Translations under genes and position numbers: made by a program
The notes under the pieces: model-generated
Seen by the model: the letters and a program-made list of their open reading frames with translations, nothing else
Told to the model about the DNA's origin: nothing
Database searches by the model: none
Shown: one piece after another, positions 21,348 through 31,114 of the stretch
Layout: every line of letters starts with the position of its first letter
Numbering within the stretch: position 1 is the stretch's first letter
Origin: an uncultured Patescibacteria group bacterium
Lineage (GTDB): Bacteria > Patescibacteriota > Microgenomatia > UBA1400 > PJMF01
NCBI GenBank assembly: GCA_905478415.1
Contig: CAJQIG010000004.1
Coordinates: 267,523-331,522, forward strand
Direction: 5' to 3'
Length of the DNA stretch: 64,000 nucleotides

Positions 21348-22334
21348 TTAACTTCTAAATCCCATAGCTGTACGAACTTCGTTCACGGTTTCGAGGGCAA
21401 TGGCTCGAGCTTTTTCAGCTCCTTTTGTAATCACTGAGTCAACATAGGCTGAATCTGCAACCAGTTCGGCCCGTTTCTGCTGTATTGGTTGCAGTTCTTT
21501 AAAAATTACCGCCGCCAGTTGCTTTTTCAGATCTCCGTAGCGGATCCCTTCTCCAACATACTGTTGTTCGTACTTTTGTTTGGCTTCGACACCTTCAAAC
21601 AACTCAACTAGAGTAAGCAAATTCGCTACGCCACCAGTTTTTGGAACTTCGTCACCCTTGCCGGAGTCGGTGGGAGCTTTTTTAAGTTTTGCTTCAATTT
21701 CATCCAAGCTATCTGTCACATCAATTGCGCTTCCTTCCACAGACTTGCTCATCTTACCGGCACCCAAAAGGGAAGGCACGTACTCGCCTTCTGTAGCAAA
21801 GCGAATTGCTTCAGGAAATGAGAGACCATACTGAGCGTTCATCTTGCGCGCTACTTCTCGAGCAACCTCAATGTGTGGCTCTTGATCAACGCCCACCGGA
21901 ACTTTATCAGCTTTGTACATCAAAATATCGGCTGCCATCAGCAGTGGATAATTAAGAAGTGCCATAGTTGCGTGCTCTGGATATTGTTTGACTTTATCTT
22001 TAAACGTTGGCAGGTGCTGCATCCGTGCAATCGTCATCACCGACGAAAGATAAAACGCCAACTCACCATGTAACATCACATCGGACTGCAAAAAGAGCAC
22101 CGACTTTTCTGGGTCGAGGCCTGCAGCCAAGTAATCAATCAACACTTCCCGACGATGCGACTGCAACTCTTCTACCGAGTAGGGGGTGGTAACTGCGTGC
22201 ATATCCGCCACCATGTAGAGGGTTTCGTACGCTGGGTTATCTTGGAGGGCTAACATCCCTTTAACCCCACCTAAGTAGTTACCCAAATGAAGTCTACCTG
22301 TGGCTCGCATGCCGGCTAAAACTCTTTTTTTCAT
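21348..22334 (-). CDS. trpS: Tryptophan-tRNA ligase
   Basis: HLGN (HIGH), YPLLMAADIL, VPVGVDQ, KMSKS. Confidence 0.97.
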   Translation of the reverse strand: MKKRVLAGMRATGRLHLGNYLGGVKGMLALQDNPAYETLYMVADMHAVTTPYSVEELQSHRREVLIDYLAAGLDPEKSVLFLQSDVMLHGELAFYLSSVMTIARMQHLPTFKDKVKQYPEHATMALLNYPLLMAADILMYKADKVPVGVDQEPHIEVAREVARKMNAQYGLSFPEAIRFATEGEYVPSLLGAGKMSKSVEGSAIDVTDSLDEIEAKLKKAPTDSGKGDEVPKTGGVANLLTLVELFEGVEAKQKYEQQYVGEGIRYGDLKKQLAAVIFKELQPIQQKRAELVADSAYVDSVITKGAEKARAIALETVNEVRTAMGFRS

Positions 22335-23071
22335 GATTGTTGTTCCTTTGTAGTCGTACTTTTCTCTGAAGTATAGTAGTTTCGAAGCAATACATCGGCT
22401 AAAACACTACTAGTGTCAATACTTGGTACTTCAACATGTATATGAGCTGCAAGTATCGGCAACTCGGTACAACCAAGTATCACAGCATCAGCTTTTTTAG
22501 ATACTTCGGTACATACAGTTTGAAACGTTTTTATATCTGTATCACTTACCGTATCTGCAATAACTTTTTTTATTATACATCCTAATTCTGAATACGTTTG
22601 TTCATTTGGCTTTATAACAGTCAGATTGCGCCTCATCAAGGCAGTATCATACATACTTGATTGGAGTGTTACTGGGCTTGCTAACAAGCCAACTGAGGCG
22701 AAACCAGATTCCTTACAATATGCCGCAACTGCATCAAGCATTGATAAAAACACAACGCCATGCTCCTGACACAGCTGCGCTACTTCTTCAGCTAAAAGAT
22801 GTACCGTATTACTGGCGATTGCCAGATGAGTAGCACCTCCGTTAATGAGTCTCTGTACTGCGAACAAAACTTGTTTTCTTGCTTCCGAAAAGTGCTCCTT
22901 CGAGGAAATAAAGTCTATCACCGGTTCAGAAATAATCAACACACGAGGAAATTCGTGGTTCTCTCTCACTCCATACTGCTTCACAGCTTCACTAATTATT
23001 TTTTTATAGAGATACTCAGTGGCTTGTGGACCAACCCCACCCATTATCCCAATACAGGTATTATTTTTCAC
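22331..23071 (-). CDS. Asp/Glu racemase-family amino acid racemase
   Basis: IGIMGGVGPQAT, IASNTVH, ILGCTELP; GTG start with AAGGAG; ATGA overlap with trpS. Confidence 0.9.
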   Translation of the reverse strand: MKNNTCIGIMGGVGPQATEYLYKKIISEAVKQYGVRENHEFPRVLIISEPVIDFISSKEHFSEARKQVLFAVQRLINGGATHLAIASNTVHLLAEEVAQLCQEHGVVFLSMLDAVAAYCKESGFASVGLLASPVTLQSSMYDTALMRRNLTVIKPNEQTYSELGCIIKKVIADTVSDTDIKTFQTVCTEVSKKADAVILGCTELPILAAHIHVEVPSIDTSSVLADVLLRNYYTSEKSTTTKEQQS

Positions 23072-23113
23072 AATAGTCTCCTTATATTCTTATACTTAAG
23101 GAGCTAAACACAT

Positions 23114-23192
23114 AAAAAATGCTCCCGGGCGGGAGCGAATCAGTTATTGTAAAACCACACAAAGACACTCCCTTAGTTTAGAGAGTCCACCA
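23114..23192 (-). promoter_or_regulatory. Trp-responsive transcription attenuator (1:2 hairpin, 2:3 antiterminator, 3:4 terminator)
   Basis: Terminator GCTCCC-GCCC-GGGAGC-A-T6 (23136-23114); GGGAGTG (23172-23166) can pair with CGCTCCC or with ACTCTCT next to the Trp codons. Confidence 0.85.
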
Positions 23193-23228
23193 AGAAAAAC
23201 CAAAAGTTTTTTGTATCTGTGTGTACAT
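23178..23228 (-). CDS. Trp leader peptide MYTQIQKTFGFSWWTL
   Basis: 16-codon ORF with tandem TGG TGG; ATG lies 7 nt after an extended -10 TGcTATACT. Confidence 0.85.
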   Translation of the reverse strand: MYTQIQKTFGFSWWTL

Positions 23229-23251
23229 AGTCTGTAGTATAGCATATTTGA

Positions 23252-23280
23252 TTGACAAAGCCTATAGTATAATATATACT
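23252..23280 (+). promoter_or_regulatory. Sigma70-type promoter
   Basis: TTGACA-17 nt-TATACT, back-to-back with the trp leader promoter. Confidence 0.75.
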
Positions 23281-23386
23281 TATAGTATGGCTAACGTGAG
23301 GAAGCCTCTGTATTGATTTTTTTCAGTCACAGAGTAGTTTTCAACCGTTGGTTGGATCTGCTCTTTTATAAAACTTTGGAGGTTAC

Positions 23387-23608
23387 ATGTTCGAAACCAT
23401 CATTCTAGTTATGTATATATTAGTTTTAATTTTATTAAAATTAACTGTTGGGCTTACTTTTCTCATTTCTTTTGTATCCGTTGTATATACATACCTCGGT
23501 GGAAAGCAAAACAGCCGAAATTGGGAAGAACTGAGCCACTTCCTAACACCACTCCTGCTACTTGGCATTCTAAGCATCCTTATATTGATGCTCATTATGC
23601 CAGCCTAG
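23387..23608 (+). CDS. Small two-TM membrane protein
   Basis: 73 aa, very hydrophobic, GGAGG SD, own promoter and terminator (23629-23657). Confidence 0.65.
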   Translation: MFETIILVMYILVLILLKLTVGLTFLISFVSVVYTYLGGKQNSRNWEELSHFLTPLLLLGILSILILMLIMPA

Positions 23609-23628
23609 TTCAAGAAGATCCAAAAACC

Positions 23629-23657
23629 AAAAACGCTCCCTCACAGGAGCGTTTTTT
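23629..23657. terminator. Bidirectional intrinsic terminator
   Basis: aaaaacgctcc-ctcaca-ggagcgtttttt between convergent genes. Confidence 0.8.
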
Positions 23658-23681
23658 CATAGCTTTTTTTCGTTCTGAAGT

Positions 23682-24548
23682 TTACAGCTCTTCAATTTGA
23701 ATGTTTGGAGTCATCTCTGGTGCATCAATGAGCTTTAAGTATTTTTCAGTCGTAGTAATTCGCTTGTGACCAACTAGTTGGGACACATAAACTAGCGGTG
23801 TTCCGGCTTTCAACTGCTCGACAATAAAGGTGTGGCGAAGGTCGTTGACCTTGGCTTCTTTAATTCCAGCCAATCTAAAGTAACGGTCGATAGCGGTTCT
23901 GATGTTACGAACTAAGAAAGGTCGGCATGTCTTGGTTAAGAAGACCGTCTTTTCTCGAGCTCGTGGGCGAACTTGTAAGTAGTCCATGAGTGCATTTTTA
24001 GCTGCATCATTTAGAGGAACTTTTCGAGCTTCTCTAGAGTTTTGAGCTTTAATAACAATCACATTACGATCAAAATCAACATCAGGTAGCTGTAGTGCAG
24101 CTAGTTCTGAAATTCGCATTCCAGTTTGGAGCAAAATCTCGACAACTGCATACATACGGGCATCACCTCGACAAGCGTCTCGGAGAGCTCGATACTCAAC
24201 TCTCGAGAGAACTCGAGGAGGAGTTAACTCATATTTTGGATGAGTAATAACTTCAGCTGGGTTATCAGAGATGAGACCTTGACCAATTAAGAATCTGAAG
24301 AAAGCTTTAATCGAGTTAATCTTTCTTGAGATAGATTTGCCAGTGTAGCGTTGCTTCTTGAGAAGATCTTTGAATTCATTGATATCAATGTCAGAGACTT
24401 CGTCAACGTTAGCTTTGCCCTTTTTACCAACAAATTCAACTAATTGTTCAATGTCTTTGCTATACGCAATTACAGTCGCGTGCGCTTTCCCAGCATCTTT
24501 TAAAGACTGGGTGAAAAGTGCATGTGCATCAGAGAGTGTCTTTTGCAT
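23682..24548 (-). CDS. XerC/XerD-family tyrosine recombinase
   Basis: SAM-like N-domain, TGMRISEL, DLRHTF, LVGH..ITTTEKY; start refined to MQKTL. Confidence 0.9.
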   Translation of the reverse strand: MQKTLSDAHALFTQSLKDAGKAHATVIAYSKDIEQLVEFVGKKGKANVDEVSDIDINEFKDLLKKQRYTGKSISRKINSIKAFFRFLIGQGLISDNPAEVITHPKYELTPPRVLSRVEYRALRDACRGDARMYAVVEILLQTGMRISELAALQLPDVDFDRNVIVIKAQNSREARKVPLNDAAKNALMDYLQVRPRAREKTVFLTKTCRPFLVRNIRTAIDRYFRLAGIKEAKVNDLRHTFIVEQLKAGTPLVYVSQLVGHKRITTTEKYLKLIDAPEMTPNIQIEEL

Positions 24549-24722
24549 AAGAGTCTGCCTCAATTCTAATTTTTGTATTACTTTGCTATACTTGGTTGTA
24601 TCTCTTTGGCTGTAGCTGTTCTGAAACAAGTTTCAAACATCTCAATCAGTCAAGAGAGTAGTTTTTCGAATCAGATTCGATTAACTAGGGTCTTATAATA
24701 TCATAGGGATGGATTTTTAGCA

Positions 24723-25082
24723 ATGGGAAAAGTACTACAACATCCAATTACTATTATACTTTTTACTCTGCTGTGCGGTGTACTAGTTATATCTCTGAGA
24801 AAAAGCAGTCAAAAAAAGAGTCTTTCTTCCCAAGAAATAAGCACCTTAGAAGAAAAGGCTTATGCCCTTTCCCAAGAAGTTCAGGGACTCCAAGAGGAAG
24901 TTGAACGTTCAAAAAGCCTCGAGTACAAAGAAAAAATAATTCGAAATGAGCTACTGATGCAGAAAGAGGGAGAGTATGTTGTGCAGTTGGCACTTCCCCC
25001 TGAACAAAACAACTTTGAAAGCAATAACTCACTAAAAAAGCCTGCTTCTTATCGAGAAGAGTGGATTGAGATACTGTTCTAG
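24723..25082 (+). CDS. Septum formation initiator (FtsB/DivIC-like)
   Basis: TM plus coiled coil plus EKIIRNELLMQKEGE motif. Confidence 0.75.
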   Translation: MGKVLQHPITIILFTLLCGVLVISLRKSSQKKSLSSQEISTLEEKAYALSQEVQGLQEEVERSKSLEYKEKIIRNELLMQKEGEYVVQLALPPEQNNFESNNSLKKPASYREEWIEILF

Positions 25083-25132
25083 GATGTTCTATTCTCTATT
25101 CTTAGGATCAATTTCACACTTCTTATAGTCAT

Positions 25133-25168
25133 AAAAAAACCCACACGAATTAATCGTGTGGGTTTTTT
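25133..25168. terminator. Bidirectional intrinsic terminator
   Basis: aaaaaaacccacacga-atta-atcgtgtgggtttttt. Confidence 0.8.
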
Positions 25169-25187
25169 AACAAGCATAGGCATAAAT

Positions 25188-25496
25188 CTATTCTTCAAGC
25201 GTCGGAGGAGTAACCTCCTGAAGAATCTCTCCTGAAGGGGAAATCAGACGCGCTCTAAGAATGTGATGGGACGACCCAAACCCATTAAAGGTGTCTGTAC
25301 ACCAAGCCATGGGGTCGGTGTTCTCATTGAAAGTTAGACGCGTAACATATTTAACTTCCTGAGTCGGAGTCTCCGCCCCGATCTCTGAAACAGTACATTG
25401 CACATTATAGGCGCCGTCCGCCACACAGGCGGTCAGAACGCTTAATAACAAAAAACAAGCCATCAAAAACAAAAGCTTCTTGAACATTGCTATCAC
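25188..25496 (-). CDS. Small putative lipoprotein
   Basis: MFKKLLF...VLTAC lipobox-like signal. Confidence 0.65.
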   Translation of the reverse strand: MIAMFKKLLFLMACFLLLSVLTACVADGAYNVQCTVSEIGAETPTQEVKYVTRLTFNENTDPMAWCTDTFNGFGSSHHILRARLISPSGEILQEVTPPTLEE

Positions 25497-25634
25497 CTTT
25501 TCTGTACTCTTTACTCCCCAAATAAAATTGAGGAAAAGAGCCAGAGTATATTCGCTTGTTAAAAATCACTGACTATTATAACCTATAATAGTTTTTTTAA
25601 AATAACCAAATAGTGGAAAATCGACTTCTTCTCC

Positions 25635-26996
25635 TTAGTATTGAGAGTTTTTATGACGAAGCGGCAACACTTTGATAGAAGCAATCTTATTCTGTTTAAA
25701 CAATTCTTGAACTTCCTCAACTTTAAATGAAGGTACAAAAAGGTGTGTAATCAGTGAAAGTGGAACAAAGTTTCTGACAACAACTTCATTGTGTAAATCC
25801 ATTGTTCCTAATCGCAGCTTGAGTTGTTCAGCTTTCTGCTTTTCAATACCAAATGTTATTGGAAAATCATACGCTCGCTGTGACCCATGTCCGCCTGAGA
25901 CAACAGGTGAACCATTTTCATGAAACCAAAAAGAAACATCATCAGGTGTATAGGAGGATGTTCCTTGCCCTTCACCTCCATAGTATTTGTTTATACCAAA
26001 TTTTTGATAATAATTTCTAGCAGCCAAACCGTTCATTTGAATAAGGTTAGATAACACATGACTAAAAGATCCATGCGTTAGGAGTATCTCACCTTGTGTA
26101 GCATCCCAAATATTTTCTCTTAAATCATTATAGGTAAGTCCGTCATAATAGAGTGGTATCACCTCTCTACTTTGGAAATTAAGTGGGTAAGCGTCACTCA
26201 TTTGTATATTATTTTCTGCTGCTAACTCTAGTAAAAATTGTCTCAAACCCTTGAGCATCATTTGCTGCATGAAGGTGTTTATTTGTTCTCCATCACCAGA
26301 TAGGTCATAGGACCTGGCCTCTTCCCACCCCATCAGACTGTCAACCCCGTAACAAGTATTCAGAATGTATTTTTGTAAATCCGGAAGTTTTTTTTCAGCA
26401 GGATCTTCTGAAAGCTCTTGTAAGTATTTGAGTATTGTCTGAGTGAACGTATCAAAAGAAGTAGTGGCAACTTCACTCTCTGGAATTTTGTTTTTTGTTA
26501 AAAAAACCTCATCTTCCCTGACGCCTTCTCGCCATACCATATAGACCTTATTTTGAAAGCAATATGCTTTCTCATGTGGTGATAAGTTTCTAACGAAATT
26601 AAATTCACCAGCCTCTGACTCTACTTGTGTACTATCAAACTTTTCACCTGCTACGAGTTCTGTTTGATATTCTGGATTTGAGCTGTATTTATCAAACTTA
26701 GCTCTTCTTCTCTGATCGTTTTCTATAGTACGAATAATCGAAACTTTTTTTTCAAACTCTTGATCAAGTAATAACCGATCTCCATCCAGTGTAATTTTTT
26801 CACGCTGTATAAGATCTGCCAGTACAGCCTGTACTAAATCGCTCGGTAAATCTGTCGCAGCAATAACATCTGCAACTGTGCGAACATCTCTAGAGACTAA
26901 TGAAAGAACTACTGCCTTGAAAAGAGCTTTGTCCTTTGTTGGAGAAGTTTGTTGTTCTGTTTTTTCTGCGGATGGAAAAGGGGCTTCAGCTACCAT
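25635..26996 (-). CDS. Hypothetical protein with an N-terminal wHTH-like region and a C-terminal ADP-ribosyltransferase-like fold
   Basis: 453 aa; LLTHGS..VL..LI..NGL, VSFW, NEVVVRNFVPLSLITHLFV pattern. Confidence 0.55.
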   Translation of the reverse strand: MVAEAPFPSAEKTEQQTSPTKDKALFKAVVLSLVSRDVRTVADVIAATDLPSDLVQAVLADLIQREKITLDGDRLLLDQEFEKKVSIIRTIENDQRRRAKFDKYSSNPEYQTELVAGEKFDSTQVESEAGEFNFVRNLSPHEKAYCFQNKVYMVWREGVREDEVFLTKNKIPESEVATTSFDTFTQTILKYLQELSEDPAEKKLPDLQKYILNTCYGVDSLMGWEEARSYDLSGDGEQINTFMQQMMLKGLRQFLLELAAENNIQMSDAYPLNFQSREVIPLYYDGLTYNDLRENIWDATQGEILLTHGSFSHVLSNLIQMNGLAARNYYQKFGINKYYGGEGQGTSSYTPDDVSFWFHENGSPVVSGGHGSQRAYDFPITFGIEKQKAEQLKLRLGTMDLHNEVVVRNFVPLSLITHLFVPSFKVEEVQELFKQNKIASIKVLPLRHKNSQY

Positions 26997-27163
26997 AGTG
27001 TAACTATATCCTAGAGCACTACTCTATTTAAGAGGAAAATACTAAGTAATGAGGAGTATTTGGCGTGGAAAAAAATATGTAATGCTTAATTTTTCATGTT
27101 AAATACATTAGCTAGCCCTGAAAGACTAGCTAATATATTATATTTTCGTTTAAAAATCAGAGA

Positions 27164-27580
27164 CTAGCCTGTCTTAACAGTTAGCTTCTTGGGCTTAGAT
27201 GCCTCTGATTTGGCAAAGACTACTTTTAAAATACCATTTTCCAGGGTCACGTCTGGTTCCTGAGTATGATCAATGAGACCTGGAACTGCTATTTTATATG
27301 AATAGCTCCAAGAAGACTTGCTGTAATATTTACTGTCCTGGTCATCTTCTTTTTTAACAGCTTTAGCTTGAATCCAAAGCACACCTTTTTCGAAGGTAAC
27401 ATCAATATCATCTGAAGTTACTCCAGCCACATTGGCTTTAACTACCACTTCATTTTCAGTCTCATATACATCCACACCATGGTCTACTGAAGGAAAGAGT
27501 TGTAGGTCTTCATCATCCCAAAAACTTGGCCAACGGTTCAACGTGCTTAGCATTGATTTGAGCGGTACTAAGTTTGACAT
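27164..27580 (-). CDS. Small heat shock protein (Hsp20/alpha-crystallin)
   Basis: VDVYETENEVVVKANVAGV, LENGILKV. Confidence 0.93.
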   Translation of the reverse strand: MSNLVPLKSMLSTLNRWPSFWDDEDLQLFPSVDHGVDVYETENEVVVKANVAGVTSDDIDVTFEKGVLWIQAKAVKKEDDQDSKYYSKSSWSYSYKIAVPGLIDHTQEPDVTLENGILKVVFAKSEASKPKKLTVKTG

Positions 27581-27610
27581 AATCTGTCTCCTTTCTGTGT
27601 ATATTTATAA

Positions 27611-27648
27611 TTAGCAATATATTACAATGACTGCCAACACGTTGTCAA
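27611..27648 (-). promoter_or_regulatory. hsp20 promoter with a CIRCE-like operator
   Basis: ttagcaata-N9-gactgccaa (27611-27637) next to TTGACA on the minus strand. Confidence 0.8.
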
Positions 27649-27763
27649 GACTCTTAACTAAAATAAAAAAAGAACCTATTAATAGGCCTTTTACATCCTT
27701 TTTTTTCGGGGCTCGGTCAGATTCGTCTTGGCTCTGCCAAGCAACTCAGAGTTAACCACAGAA

Positions 27764-27803
27764 TTAAATAAAAAGACTCCCTTCGGGGAGTCTTTTTATT
27801 TAA
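27764..27803. terminator. Terminator downstream of tRNA-fMet
   Basis: ttaaataaaaagactccc-ttcg-gggagtctttttatttaa. Confidence 0.85.
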
Positions 27804-27805
27804 AT

Positions 27806-27874
27806 TTGCGGGACTAGGAGTCGAACCTAGCCTGTGAGATTATGAGCCTCACGTGCACCGTACACTATCCCGCG
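27806..27874 (-). tRNA. Initiator tRNA-fMet (CAT), CCA not encoded
   Basis: CGCGGGA...TCCCGCA with C1:A72 mismatch, CT-CAT-AA loop, GGTTCGACTCC T-arm. Confidence 0.9.
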
Positions 27875-28001
27875 CGTGTTCTGATCTTTTTTCTAGTCAC
27901 CAGAAGAGTTCGTAGTATACATCAGATCTTTATTGAAGTCAAAAGTCTGGTATAATTAGGATCTGTCCAAGACAGCATTCTCTGTCTGAAGATACGGCCG
28001 T

Positions 28002-28075
28002 GCCAAGGTAGCTCAGTTGGTTAGAGCACAGGATTCATAAACCTGAGGTCGAGAGTTCAAATCTCTCCCTTGGTA
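28002..28075 (+). tRNA. tRNA with CAT anticodon (elongator Met more likely; Ile2 not excluded)
   Basis: GCCAAGG/CCTTGGT acceptor, TAGCTCAGTTGGTTAGAGC D-arm, TT-CAT-AA loop, GTTCAAATC. Confidence 0.9.
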
Positions 28076-28108
28076 CACTTTTCTCCTTCATTTGTTACAA
28101 TCAGAGAC

Positions 28109-28726
28109 ATGAGTCTTCTCAAAAACTTTTTCGTTCCAAAAAAAATCACCAGTGGGTACACCAATAAATCTGGCAACCTTGCTGAAGTAAGCGACTTTTT
28201 TTCATCCCAAAATAAAACCCTGGTCGAAATGCAGCAAACACATAGCGCCAATTTTACTTGGGTATCGAGCCCCTCAGACAAAAAAATTCCAGATGTAGAT
28301 GCAACCCTTACAACCAACCCAAACCTTGCCCTGACGGTCAGAACAGCCGACTGTCTCCCTATTCTGCTCTATCATCCTTCTGGAATACTCGGAGTTCTTC
28401 ACGCCGGACGAAAAGGGACTCAACAACGTATTCTTGCCAAAGTACTCACCCACCTAAAAGAAGAAAAAAACATTCTAACTGACCTCCAACTTTGGTTTGG
28501 ACCTGCAATTTGTGAAGCCTGTTACCAAATTGATCGAGAAACTAACACCCATTACAACCTCATTGCCGAAAATATGGCTCAGGCTTACTCTGTCTTTGCT
28601 GCTGAAGATCTTCTGATCACAATTGACTCATCGTGCACCCAATGTTTGAGCGAGGAGTATCACTCCTATCGAGTCGGACAAGCTGCTGTGCAGATGAATT
28701 ATGCTGCTATTTCACTTCTAAAATAA
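28109..28726 (+). CDS. pgeF: YfiH/PgeF family protein
   Basis: QTHSA, DATLT, RTADCLPILL, HAGRKG, GPAIC, SYR; start refined to ATG 28109. Confidence 0.88.
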   Translation: MSLLKNFFVPKKITSGYTNKSGNLAEVSDFFSSQNKTLVEMQQTHSANFTWVSSPSDKKIPDVDATLTTNPNLALTVRTADCLPILLYHPSGILGVLHAGRKGTQQRILAKVLTHLKEEKNILTDLQLWFGPAICEACYQIDRETNTHYNLIAENMAQAYSVFAAEDLLITIDSSCTQCLSEEYHSYRVGQAAVQMNYAAISLLK

Positions 28727-28737
28727 ATCCTCCAGTC

Positions 28738-28983
28738 TACAGAGGGTCTAAAGTGTCGACAAGTTATCTTGAAGATACTAGTAGCCCTGCGGAGACACTT
28801 TAGGCAACTTGGTGAAGGTGCCAAGTGTCTCTGTAAATGAAACTATCTTTTTTACACACACCGCCTTAGGAGTGTCTGAACTGCTGGCCTACCCACATAA
28901 AAAATATTTTGTGAGCAAGGAACAGCAGTTCAGCAAGCTTGGAGGAGGCGCCAAGCGCCTCCTAAGCGGTGTGTGTAAAAAAG
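28738..28983. other. Two tandem related branched-hairpin elements (candidate structured RNA or REP-like element)
   Basis: 28738-28835 and 28847-28983 share junction sequences while their stems differ in sequence but keep pairing. Confidence 0.55.
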
Positions 28984-28985
28984 TT

Positions 28986-30966
<1,981 letters not shown>

Positions 30967-31047
30967 GGTCGACCTTTCTTTCTATACTTTTTACTACTTT
31001 TGTATATTTTTTCTCGCGAAGTTTGCAACTGAACACAAACGCAAGAA

Positions 31048-31086
31048 CTAGCAGTTATACTAATCAACTGCTAAAGAATTGTCAAG
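31048..31086 (-). promoter_or_regulatory. groESL promoter with a CIRCE-like operator
   Basis: ctagcagtt-N9-aactgctaa (31048-31074) adjacent to TTGACA on the minus strand. Confidence 0.8.
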
Positions 31087-31114
31087 TGCGGAGATTGGCT
31101 CGTTTGTACAAGAA

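Noticed and set aside
23080-23245. T-box riboswitch upstream of trpS
   Set aside because: No GGTGGNACCGCG T-box sequence or stem I; the region is fully explained by a leader-peptide attenuator
23682-24548. Prophage or integron integrase
   Set aside because: XerC/D-like size and housekeeping context; no phage genes, att repeats or attC array seen
27077-27104. dif site near the Xer recombinase (tcatgttaaat resembles the XerD arm)
   Set aside because: No XerC arm at the required 6-bp spacing; likely an AT-rich chance match
27728-27742. CTTGGC-tct-GCCAAG hairpin as a third copy of the pgeF-groEL motif
   Set aside because: Only the short hairpin matches; the flanking stems and junction sequences are absent
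28760-28835. SAM-I riboswitch (GGCAAC...AAGGTGCCAA resembles P3)
   Set aside because: No proper P1/P2 kink-turn or pseudoknot arrangement, and no downstream gene on that strand (groEL is convergent)
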